A stretch of DNA of 58,776 nucleotides. It comes from a virus (lineage: Duplodnaviria > Caudoviricetes). Positions within the stretch are counted from its first letter, which is position 1. The number at the start of each line of letters is the position of its first letter. Where the stretch lies: positions 1 to 58,776 of the IMG/VR virus record IMGVR_UViG_3300046167_000328, one strand, 5' to 3'. The notes under the pieces were generated by a model. The model was given only the letters and a program-made list of their open reading frames with translations. It searched no databases and was not told the origin of the DNA. This document shows positions 1-6,431 of this stretch, piece after piece. Both the position numbers and the translations under genes were made by a program.

Positions 1-361
1 TTCTACACAGTAGATCTTCATAATGCCTTGTAATAGCATCTTCAACGAAGTCATAGTTGTCACAGTATATATTACTGTAGTCGGCTATAGCATCATAAAC
101 AACATCTGTTAGTTCGTTTTCATAGTAGTACACGTCTTCGTTGACATTTATACTTTTGTCATCATCTGTAGCTATCCATACAGAATAGCCGTCGGCAGTT
201 GACTCTTCGTATACACTGAAGTCGGGGTTTCGCCAGTTGTCTGTTATCTCGCATTCATAGTATGCAAGTACTTGGTTTTTAGCATGCTCGTCGTCGCATC
301 CTTCGATCCAACCTTTGTCAGCCATTCTTTGAGTTATTAACGCATCAGTTATAAGTTTCAT
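1..361 (-). CDS. Acidic hypothetical early protein, 5' part (continues across the circular junction into 58776-58475; 220 aa total)
   Basis: ATG at 361 (MKLITDALITQRMADKGWIEG...) is open to base 1 and continues in frame as IEEEIIDELLNEGYNHKVVNPINALQY from 58776; 663 nt in total. Confidence 0.85.
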   Translation of the reverse strand, partial: MKLITDALITQRMADKGWIEGCDDEHAKNQVLAYYECEITDNWRNPDFSVYEESTADGYSVWIATDDDKSINVNEDVYYYENELTDVVYDAIADYSNIYCDNYDFVEDAITRHYEDLLCR

Positions 362-566
362 CTGTTTCTATTAATTTAGTTATATATTCCCATACTTTTA
401 GTTCTATCTTGTTACATTTTAGAACTATTTCCATCTCATCAAGCGTAACGCCACCGTAATTTTTAGTACGTATATCTTGTTTGTTTTGCTCTATAGTAAT
501 AAGTAGCATAGACATTTTAGCGAAAGCTTTGTCGCTAGCACGTCGTTGTAGTTCTTGTTTAATCAT
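345..566 (-). CDS. Hypothetical early protein
   Basis: 73-aa ORF overlapping its neighbours in a tightly packed minus-strand operon. Confidence 0.7.
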   Translation of the reverse strand: MIKQELQRRASDKAFAKMSMLLITIEQNKQDIRTKNYGGVTLDEMEIVLKCNKIELKVWEYITKLIETDETYN

Positions 567-789
567 CTTCTGTTAGAATATTGTCGCCGAACCTGTAATC
601 CCATGCTGATACTCTAAGTGCATTTATACCACACATATCATATATGTCTCGTATTTCACTTATAGTTAGCTCGCCATAAAATCTTGAGCTTTCTAGTTTA
701 GCTATTATTCTTGATGAAGAATAAGTGTACTGACTGTCTTCGATACTTTTTCTGTATCTTGGTTTGATTTTTTCTAGTAATGTTGCCAT
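559..789 (-). CDS. Hypothetical early protein
   Basis: 76-aa ORF starting 20 nt downstream of the promoter-like motif at 810-843. Confidence 0.75.
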   Translation of the reverse strand: MATLLEKIKPRYRKSIEDSQYTYSSSRIIAKLESSRFYGELTISEIRDIYDMCGINALRVSAWDYRFGDNILTEDD

Positions 790-809
790 ATTGTTTTTGT
801 TTTTACATT

Positions 810-843
810 TATATTATCAATTAGTAATCGTATTTTTTTTGTA
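810..843 (-). promoter_or_regulatory. Early promoter-like motif, copy 1 (TACA-N5-AATACGA-N9-GATAATATA)
   Basis: One of 10 copies with identical spacing, each just upstream of a minus-strand ATG. Confidence 0.8.
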
Positions 844-1018
844 ATTTATAATAATTCCCATATATAGTCAGGCTCTAGTCTATACTCATTATGCAGTATT
901 ACCTCTGGGTTTTCATATTTTTTCCAAACTCTGTATCTAATGTTTTTTATTTCGTACTCAGCTTGTTCGCCTGTCATACCGTCACGTTCCATTAATACTT
1001 GTTTAAGTGAATAGCTCA

Positions 1019-1222
1019 TTAGTCTTGGTATTTTTTAAGTGTCATACTATTTACTTTGTCAATGATCTCATTACCCACCATAGTGAAATAACCCGGTGCG
1101 TATATTACATTTTTACCGTTAGACTTAGCGGCTAACACATCTACTTCTGCTTGTTCGATAGCGGCTTTTAACGCTGTTTGGATGAAATACTTTTCAAATC
1201 CGTTAAATTTTGTTTTACTCAT
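1019..1222 (-). CDS. Hypothetical early protein
   Basis: 67-aa ORF in the operon. Confidence 0.7.
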   Translation of the reverse strand: MSKTKFNGFEKYFIQTALKAAIEQAEVDVLAAKSNGKNVIYAPGYFTMVGNEIIDKVNSMTLKKYQD

Positions 1223-1227
1223 AATGT

Positions 1228-1524
1228 TTAATTTTTAAAGTTAAATTTTTTACTATATAATTTATGATCTACTACTTTTACTACACCGCCGTTAACTGCT
1301 TTGATTACGCTTCTTAGCAAGTGATGAGGAGTTTTGTAGTCGTATATACAGTCAGGTAGATCTGGTCCACGCCATCCGGTTTGCATATTACTTACAGCGA
1401 AACTTATACCTTGCTTATTAGTGTATGAGTAACTTACCATACCTGATTGTGTTTCATAGACATATAACGTTTTAGGGTTTGGGTGATAGCTTTGCTCTGT
1501 GTTTACTTTTCCTATTATTTTCAT
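1228..1524 (-). CDS. Hypothetical early protein
   Basis: 98-aa ORF directly downstream of motif copy 2. Confidence 0.75.
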   Translation of the reverse strand: MKIIGKVNTEQSYHPNPKTLYVYETQSGMVSYSYTNKQGISFAVSNMQTGWRGPDLPDCIYDYKTPHHLLRSVIKAVNGGVVKVVDHKLYSKKFNFKN

Positions 1525-1541
1525 GGTTTTATTTAGTTTAT

Positions 1542-1575
1542 TATATTATCTTACTTTGTTCGTATTATTTTTGTA
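1542..1575 (-). promoter_or_regulatory. Early promoter-like motif, copy 2
   Basis: + strand tatattatc-N9-tcgtatt-N5-tgta. Confidence 0.8.
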
Positions 1576-1911
1576 ACTAGTGAGGATTCGAACCTCATAA
1601 CCGTCGTTAGCCATAGTCATTATAGGCTCGTAAAAACGTTTACCTATTTCAGTACTAAACCTGACCTAGTTTCCAGCTATTGTGTGATCGTTAATCGTAT
1701 CTTTCGCTATCGGTTTTCATATTTAGATAGAGCTATATACCGTAAAACTCTACTGTTCGCCAGACATTTCCTAATCGCGGTGCACCACTGCCGCTAAGCC
1801 GGTGCGCGTATTTGTTATTTATTCGCTGGATCTATAAACACATTAGAGGATCTTCGTTAGCTTAACCACTTAAAATACCGTAGCCGTACTAAGCCCTCCA
1901 CCGTGTTTATA
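1575..1911 (-). ncRNA. Putative structured non-coding RNA with three abutting domains and a tRNA-like 3' domain
   Basis: ORF-free; closing stems TATAAACAC/GTGTTTATA (1911-1833), TCCAGC/GCTGGA (1830-1672) and AACTAG/CTAGTT (1671-1575); T-arm GAGG-TTCGAAT-CCTC. Confidence 0.65.
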
Positions 1912-2100
1912 TTACTTACGTCGCCAAGATTTATGCACTAATGCACTAAGCTCTTGACTGACTATCTGTATAGTGTTACCGGTTTTGTGCTCTATTATTG
2001 GTATGTAGCTATAATCTTGCACGGTGCTACACGGTGTACACGTCTTGTAACCATAACCTATCCTAATAGGATGTACTTTTTCTCCACATTTACAATACAT
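1912..2100 (-). CDS. Small C4 zinc-finger protein (DksA/TraR-like spacing)
   Basis: CKCGEKVHPIR...KTCTPCS. Confidence 0.55.
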   Translation of the reverse strand: MYCKCGEKVHPIRIGYGYKTCTPCSTVQDYSYIPIIEHKTGNTIQIVSQELSALVHKSWRRK

Positions 2101-2102
2101 AA

Positions 2103-2288
2103 TTACTCGTTTACTTGTTTATACATTTTACCTATAGCTCTTTGAATAACTAATGCGTGTATAGCATAATACTCATCGCCATCTGCCTCGTAATCAGCTA
2201 GTTGCCAATCGACGCTGTCTTTCATAAGCTCTAAGGTTACATCTGCAACACCTTGAGCGATATCATCTATTTGTTTCATTTTACTCAT
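2103..2288 (-). CDS. Hypothetical early protein
   Basis: 61-aa ORF downstream of motif copy 3. Confidence 0.7.
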   Translation of the reverse strand: MSKMKQIDDIAQGVADVTLELMKDSVDWQLADYEADGDEYYAIHALVIQRAIGKMYKQVNE

Positions 2289-2313
2289 AGTAGTATATTT
2301 TTATTGTTACATT

Positions 2314-2347
2314 TATATTATCAACAAGTGATCGTATTATTATTGTT
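2314..2347 (-). promoter_or_regulatory. Early promoter-like motif, copy 3
   Basis: + strand tatattatc-N9-tcgtatt-N5-tgtt. Confidence 0.8.
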
Positions 2348-2600
2348 ATTGCTTATTTAATATAGTCACTTCAACCCAACCTTTTTCTGAATGGTTGGCT
2401 TCACATTTAACACCGCCTTTAGTTAATTCATCTTCTAGTTTTATCGCTGCATCCCATAAACTCGGTTCTGGTATCTCATCATGGTCATCATCGTAGAACA
2501 CGTCACCTCTACACTGAAAAAATCTATCGTCGTAGTCATTTTCTACGTACTCAAAATCCCATCCATTAATTCTTGTATCTCGTTTCATCCACTCTTTCAT
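2346..2600 (-). CDS. Hypothetical early protein
   Basis: 84-aa acidic ORF. Confidence 0.7.
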   Translation of the reverse strand: MKEWMKRDTRINGWDFEYVENDYDDRFFQCRGDVFYDDDHDEIPEPSLWDAAIKLEDELTKGGVKCEANHSEKGWVEVTILNKQ

Positions 2601-2727
2601 ATCTATAATTGATTTATTAGTTCTTGTACTTCATTAAACAGCATTTCATCTATTTGTTCTCTTGAATAGTGGTCTTTATACGCTTCGTATACTAAATCCC
2701 ACGGGTTTTTAACTGGTTCTTCGTTCA

Positions 2728-2919
2728 TTATAAAAATTCTTTAATTTTTTCTTTGATTAATAGTACATCTTTATCTGTTATTTGTATAGCTTTTTCATAG
2801 TCTACAGTGCTCTGCACTATATCACTAAAACTTTCCCACATCTTAAGATCCATTTGCGTAGCAATAAAATCTATATTCTCGTCTGACAAACTTTGCTCGT
2901 CCTCTTTTATATCTATCAT
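2728..2919 (-). CDS. Hypothetical early protein
   Basis: 63-aa ORF overlapping the upstream gene's stop. Confidence 0.65.
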   Translation of the reverse strand: MIDIKEDEQSLSDENIDFIATQMDLKMWESFSDIVQSTVDYEKAIQITDKDVLLIKEKIKEFL

Positions 2920-3344
2920 ATTCTTTTGTATTTAAATCCATCTACCTCAATAACTTCTTGCACTGGCTTCATGTTATAGTTTTTGATTAAGTAGTTTTTT
3001 AGGTACAATAGCCTGTTAACACCTTTGTGTATAAGTACTCGCTGACTGTAGGGATAGCTCTGTATTTCCATATTAGAGCCCATCCAATACCTTATACTTG
3101 TTCTAGTAGGGTTTAGTTGATAGCAAGATAGCTCGTTAAATCTACTTCTTATTATCTTACGTACCATACCTGATTCGTATGTAGCAAACCTATGTCCACT
3201 AAATACTCCACTGGTTAACTCAAACATCCTAGTGTTATTCTTACGTTGGCGATCAGTGGTTACATCTTTTAGAGGAAACTTGTTGGTTAACTCGTTGATG
3301 TACAGTTGTTCTTCTTGTCTAATTCTTTCTAAGTATATACTCAT
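2916..3344 (-). CDS. Hypothetical early protein
   Basis: 142-aa ORF with an A-rich leader. Confidence 0.75.
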   Translation of the reverse strand: MSIYLERIRQEEQLYINELTNKFPLKDVTTDRQRKNNTRMFELTSGVFSGHRFATYESGMVRKIIRSRFNELSCYQLNPTRTSIRYWMGSNMEIQSYPYSQRVLIHKGVNRLLYLKNYLIKNYNMKPVQEVIEVDGFKYKRI

Positions 3345-3354
3345 ATTTATTTAT

Positions 3355-3597
3355 TTAAAGTGTTTCTATTTTTACGTCGTAGTATTTCCATAAACCATTG
3401 TGACTATATTTTTTAGCCTTTGCACCATAGCTTGTTTTCATACCTGTTTTAACTTGTTTATATTCCTTATCGCTGAATGGTTTACATAAACCTTCATGTT
3501 GGTGTTTGATACGGTGAGCTTTAGCTCGATCTAGTTGTATTTGCTTTGAAACTGCTAACAACTCTTTCATTGTTCTTGGATTATATGTTACGCCCAT
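3355..3597 (-). CDS. Hypothetical early protein
   Basis: 80-aa basic ORF. Confidence 0.7.
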   Translation of the reverse strand: MGVTYNPRTMKELLAVSKQIQLDRAKAHRIKHQHEGLCKPFSDKEYKQVKTGMKTSYGAKAKKYSHNGLWKYYDVKIETL

Positions 3598-3782
3598 GGG
3601 TTATCTGATTTTTCTATGTAAGTTAAACCTTTGTAGTTGAACCAGTTAGTTACACCTTCCTTGTCGTCGCTCTCGTCATAGATGAAGGCAAACTTTTTAG
3701 GTAGATTACCTACAGTATAGCCTTTATAGTCTACGCCGTTGAGTTTTAAAGATGTTTTTGAAGTAAATTTTATAGTATTCAT
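3588..3782 (-). CDS. Hypothetical early protein
   Basis: 64-aa ORF downstream of motif copy 4. Confidence 0.75.
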   Translation of the reverse strand: MNTIKFTSKTSLKLNGVDYKGYTVGNLPKKFAFIYDESDDKEGVTNWFNYKGLTYIEKSDNPWA

Positions 3783-3806
3783 AAGTTATTGGTTTTTAAA
3801 TTCATA

Positions 3807-3840
3807 TATATTATCCGAAGTGGATCGTATTTTATTTGTA
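3807..3840 (-). promoter_or_regulatory. Early promoter-like motif, copy 4
   Basis: + strand tatattatc-N9-tcgtatt-N5-tgta. Confidence 0.8.
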
Positions 3841-4027
3841 TATCTCGAACATTAGATCCGCTATTAGCTCTTCCTCTGTTTCTCCTTCTTCAGGTGTACA
3901 ATCACACTCGACAAAGCTTGTCACTGCCTCTAGTACTTCTTCTGCTCCTGTGTACTTACTTTGAAACTTAAAGTGTTGTAAAGTTTCTTCATTCCATTTT
4001 ATTTTACTCATGCTATTTATTTATTAG

Positions 4028-4288
4028 TTAATCGCCTTTGTATTCGCCCATCGATGAATAGAATTCTTGTGCCGCTTGCATAGTTAGCTCACGTATATCT
4101 TTTTGATTATGAGAATTTTCTATGTAGTAGTCGATCTTCTCGTGTAGTTGATCAAGAGTTTTCGCTCCGAACTGTACTACTTCATACTCTTGTAGTAGTT
4201 GTTTATCTCTACAGTAAAACGCACTAGCTTTTCTACCGTCGTAAGTTTTCCACTCTTCGTACTCGTACTTTACACCTCTGTATATCAT
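4028..4288 (-). CDS. Hypothetical early protein
   Basis: 86-aa ORF. Confidence 0.7.
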   Translation of the reverse strand: MIYRGVKYEYEEWKTYDGRKASAFYCRDKQLLQEYEVVQFGAKTLDQLHEKIDYYIENSHNQKDIRELTMQAAQEFYSSMGEYKGD

Positions 4289-4536
4289 AGTTAGTTTCTT
4301 ATAGCGTAAGCAGCAGCGCTACCTAGTTCTGTTAATACTTTGTTTACTCTCTTTAGTACGAATAGTACTTTGTGCTTGAATTTTCTCATAATTTAGTTAT
4401 TAGTAGATTTGTAGAATTGTATTCTTGTTTCAATATCTTGTTTGGTGATCTCACCATTCATTTGTTTTAGTATGTCACTCGACATATCTATTTGTTTACC
4501 GTTAGGTAGATTTAGTATAAATCGCATAGTAATATT

Positions 4537-4689
4537 TTAAATAGATTCCCAATATAGTTCTTTTTGTTCGTCGCTTAAACCGTAGAGGTTATCTTGACCA
4601 AACATCTCTTGACAGATTTTAGTTCTTCTTTTGTTTTCATTGAAGGATTTTGTTACCTCATCCCACGCTTGTTGATTAGTTAAATACAT
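4537..4689 (-). CDS. Hypothetical early protein (start revised to ATG 4689, MYLTNQQ)
   Basis: The track's upstream start at 4728 lies inside the tRNA-like hairpin; ATG 4689 has the usual A-rich leader. Confidence 0.65.
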   Translation of the reverse strand: MYLTNQQAWDEVTKSFNENKRRTKICQEMFGQDNLYGLSDEQKELYWESI

Positions 4690-4701
4690 AGTTATTAAAT
4701 T

Positions 4702-4745
4702 TAGTAGTCGTTGGTGGAATCGAACCACCTCTAACCTTTACGACT
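4702..4745 (-). ncRNA. tRNA-like minihelix (acceptor stem plus T-arm only)
   Basis: Minus strand AGTCGT-AAAGGTTAGA-GGTGG-TTCGATT-CCACC-A-ACGACT-ACTA. Confidence 0.6.
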
Positions 4746-4761
4746 TAGATACTCGATAGTA

Positions 4762-4989
4762 CTATTGTTCTAGTACTTCTCGAGCGATCACTGGTACACT
4801 TGTACTTGAAGTGTAAGATTTGTACTTGACGAAACACGCCATATTTTCTAATTTATCCTTCATTACTTCCCACACTTTGTCGTGGTTGTAGGTAACTGTT
4901 TTACCATTTTTGAAGTTGACAGTGATTAGTTGGTTTTTACCAATTAGTGATTTTCTGATTACAAATCTTTTTGAAATTAAAGTTGACAT
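4762..4989 (-). CDS. Small early protein, paralog A
   Basis: Shares SKRF..RKSLI, FKNGKT..YNHD and KYKSYTSSTS with 5510-5740. Confidence 0.85.
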   Translation of the reverse strand: MSTLISKRFVIRKSLIGKNQLITVNFKNGKTVTYNHDKVWEVMKDKLENMACFVKYKSYTSSTSVPVIAREVLEQ

Positions 4990-5024
4990 AGTTATTATAT
5001 TTAAAGTTATTAATTATTTACATA

Positions 5025-5058
5025 GTTATTATCAATAGAGTACTGTATTTTGTTTGAA
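5025..5058 (-). promoter_or_regulatory. Early promoter-like motif, copy 5 (variant)
   Basis: + strand gttattatc-N9-ctgtatt-N5-tgaa. Confidence 0.7.
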
Positions 5059-5264
5059 TACGAGTGTACTTTTGTTTATTAGTTAAAAAGTAGTAGAGAG
5101 TTTTACTCTAAGTCTCAGTACTTATAACTTATCTATTAACTCAGAAAGCGTTATCTGGAGCGAAGTTTTAGTTACGTTACCATTTTCAGTACTGATTTAG
5201 CTCGTCTATTACTGCTAAAATATCTGCTTTAGTTACTTGCATAGTTATTAGTTTTTGTTACATA

Positions 5265-5298
5265 GATATTATCAACGAGCGTTCGTATTTTTTTTGTA
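5265..5298 (-). promoter_or_regulatory. Early promoter-like motif, copy 6
   Basis: + strand gatattatc-N9-tcgtatt-N5-tgta. Confidence 0.8.
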
Positions 5299-5368
5299 TA
5301 AAATATATAATATATAAGAGCGATAAGCGCCTAACTAGTATTATCAGCGAAGCGCCGTATTAAGTTCG

Positions 5369-5412
5369 AGTGCTATACACAAAGTGCTATACACTTTTAG
5401 GGGGGGGGGGGG
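5369..5412. repeat. Direct repeat AGTGCTATACAC x2 followed by a G13 tract
   Basis: Seen directly; G run at 5400-5412. Confidence 0.8.
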
Positions 5413-5509
5413 TTATACTTAAGTGTCGCGTAGGACGGAGTCTACTCTTCCGATCATATTTCAAGATCAGGCCAATGCTGTTATCTAGATTATCTTACTA
5501 GCGTAGTAG

Positions 5510-5740
5510 TTAGTCTGTAATTAATACAGATCTAACTATTACTGGAATACTAGTACTACTTGTGTAACTCTTGTACTTTTCCCAACAGTTCATAGCATTT
5601 AGCTTTTCTTTCATAGCTTCATACGCATCGTCATGATTGTACTTCGCAGTCTTTCCATTTTTGAATGTTACTTCAATAATAGTGTTAGTGTTGATTAAAG
5701 ATTTTCTTACTAAGAAGCGTTTTGATTGTAAAGTTTTCAT
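5510..5740 (-). CDS. Small early protein, paralog B (first gene of the minus arm)
   Basis: Clear paralog of 4762-4989. Confidence 0.85.
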   Translation of the reverse strand: MKTLQSKRFLVRKSLINTNTIIEVTFKNGKTAKYNHDDAYEAMKEKLNAMNCWEKYKSYTSSTSIPVIVRSVLITD

Positions 5741-5784
5741 AATGTTTAGAATTTATTTAGTTAATATTATATTTAAATTACATA

Positions 5785-5818
5785 GATATTATCAAGTCGA
5801 CGCCGTATTTTCTTCGAA
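5785..5818 (-). promoter_or_regulatory. Early promoter-like motif, copy 7 (variant)
   Basis: + strand gatattatc-N9-ccgtatt-N5-cgaa. Confidence 0.75.
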
Positions 5819-5972
5819 AAAAAAAAAAAAAATAGTATAGAAAATTTAGTAGAAAAAACATAAAATGTAAAACGTAAATGCCTGAAAATCAGGTATATAT
5901 ATGCGAAAAACGTAAAAAACAAGGGGGGCCCATAAACGTAAAACGCAAAAGGTAAAACGCTGAAAACCAGGG
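5817..5972. repeat. A16 tract and recurring AAAACG(T/C) A-tract units at the divergence point
   Basis: aaaacgtaaa, aaaacgcaaa and aaaacgctg recur about 5 times; also cctgaaaatcagg / ctgaaaaccagg. Confidence 0.65.
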
Positions 5973-6022
5973 AGTTAGGGGCCAACACTGTGCTCCTCTA
6001 TACGTAACGTGTTTTTAAATAC

Positions 6023-6069
6023 TGTGACATAAGCCTATTAAGGTTATATAGTAAGGGGCTATTGTCACA
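6023..6069. promoter_or_regulatory. Palindromic operator/origin-like element, copy 1
   Basis: TGTGACATAAGCCTATTA...AGGGGCTATTGTCACA; near-identical arms at 55961-56006. Confidence 0.75.
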
Positions 6070-6158
6070 CTTTTGATATTTCCCCAGTTATAGTGTGTAT
6101 ACAAGTAAAAACCTACCTTTTTATGTAAGTATATAATGTATAAACTAATATTAATCAT

Positions 6159-6428
6159 ATGCCACAAAAATTATCACCAAAAGCTTCAGCAGCTAAAAAA
6201 AAAAGAGACTTAGAAGCAGCTAATTCACCAGACAGGAAGAAGAAAAGAGCTGATAGTCAGAAAAAGCGTAGAGAAGCTATCAAGAAACACGGTGCAAATT
6301 GGTTGGTAGGTAAAGATTACGACCATAATACAGGAAGATTCACATCGTCATCCCATAATAGAGGCGGAACGCAGGCGAAGCACAAAAAAGATGGTACAAA
6401 AGCGGAAAAAAAACAATCAAAAAAATAA
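6159..6428 (+). CDS. Small basic HNH-like protein (possibly packaging-associated)
   Basis: GKDYDH...SSSHNRG resembles a minimal HNH motif; first gene of the late arm. Confidence 0.55.
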   Translation: MPQKLSPKASAAKKKRDLEAANSPDRKKKRADSQKKRREAIKKHGANWLVGKDYDHNTGRFTSSSHNRGGTQAKHKKDGTKAEKKQSKK

Positions 6429-6431
6429 AAC

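Noticed and set aside
1575-1911. tmRNA, canonical tRNA or group I intron
   Set aside because: No alanine-type acceptor or tag ORF, no 7-nt anticodon loop, and the region does not interrupt a gene
4702-4745. attP site or temperate lifestyle
   Set aside because: No integrase or repressor recognised, and the element is self-complementary rather than a plain copy of a tRNA 3' end; not fully excluded without the host sequence
810-5818. Recurrent 34-bp motif as a CRISPR array
   Set aside because: Copies are degenerate, irregularly spaced by hundreds of bases and separated by genes; no cas genes
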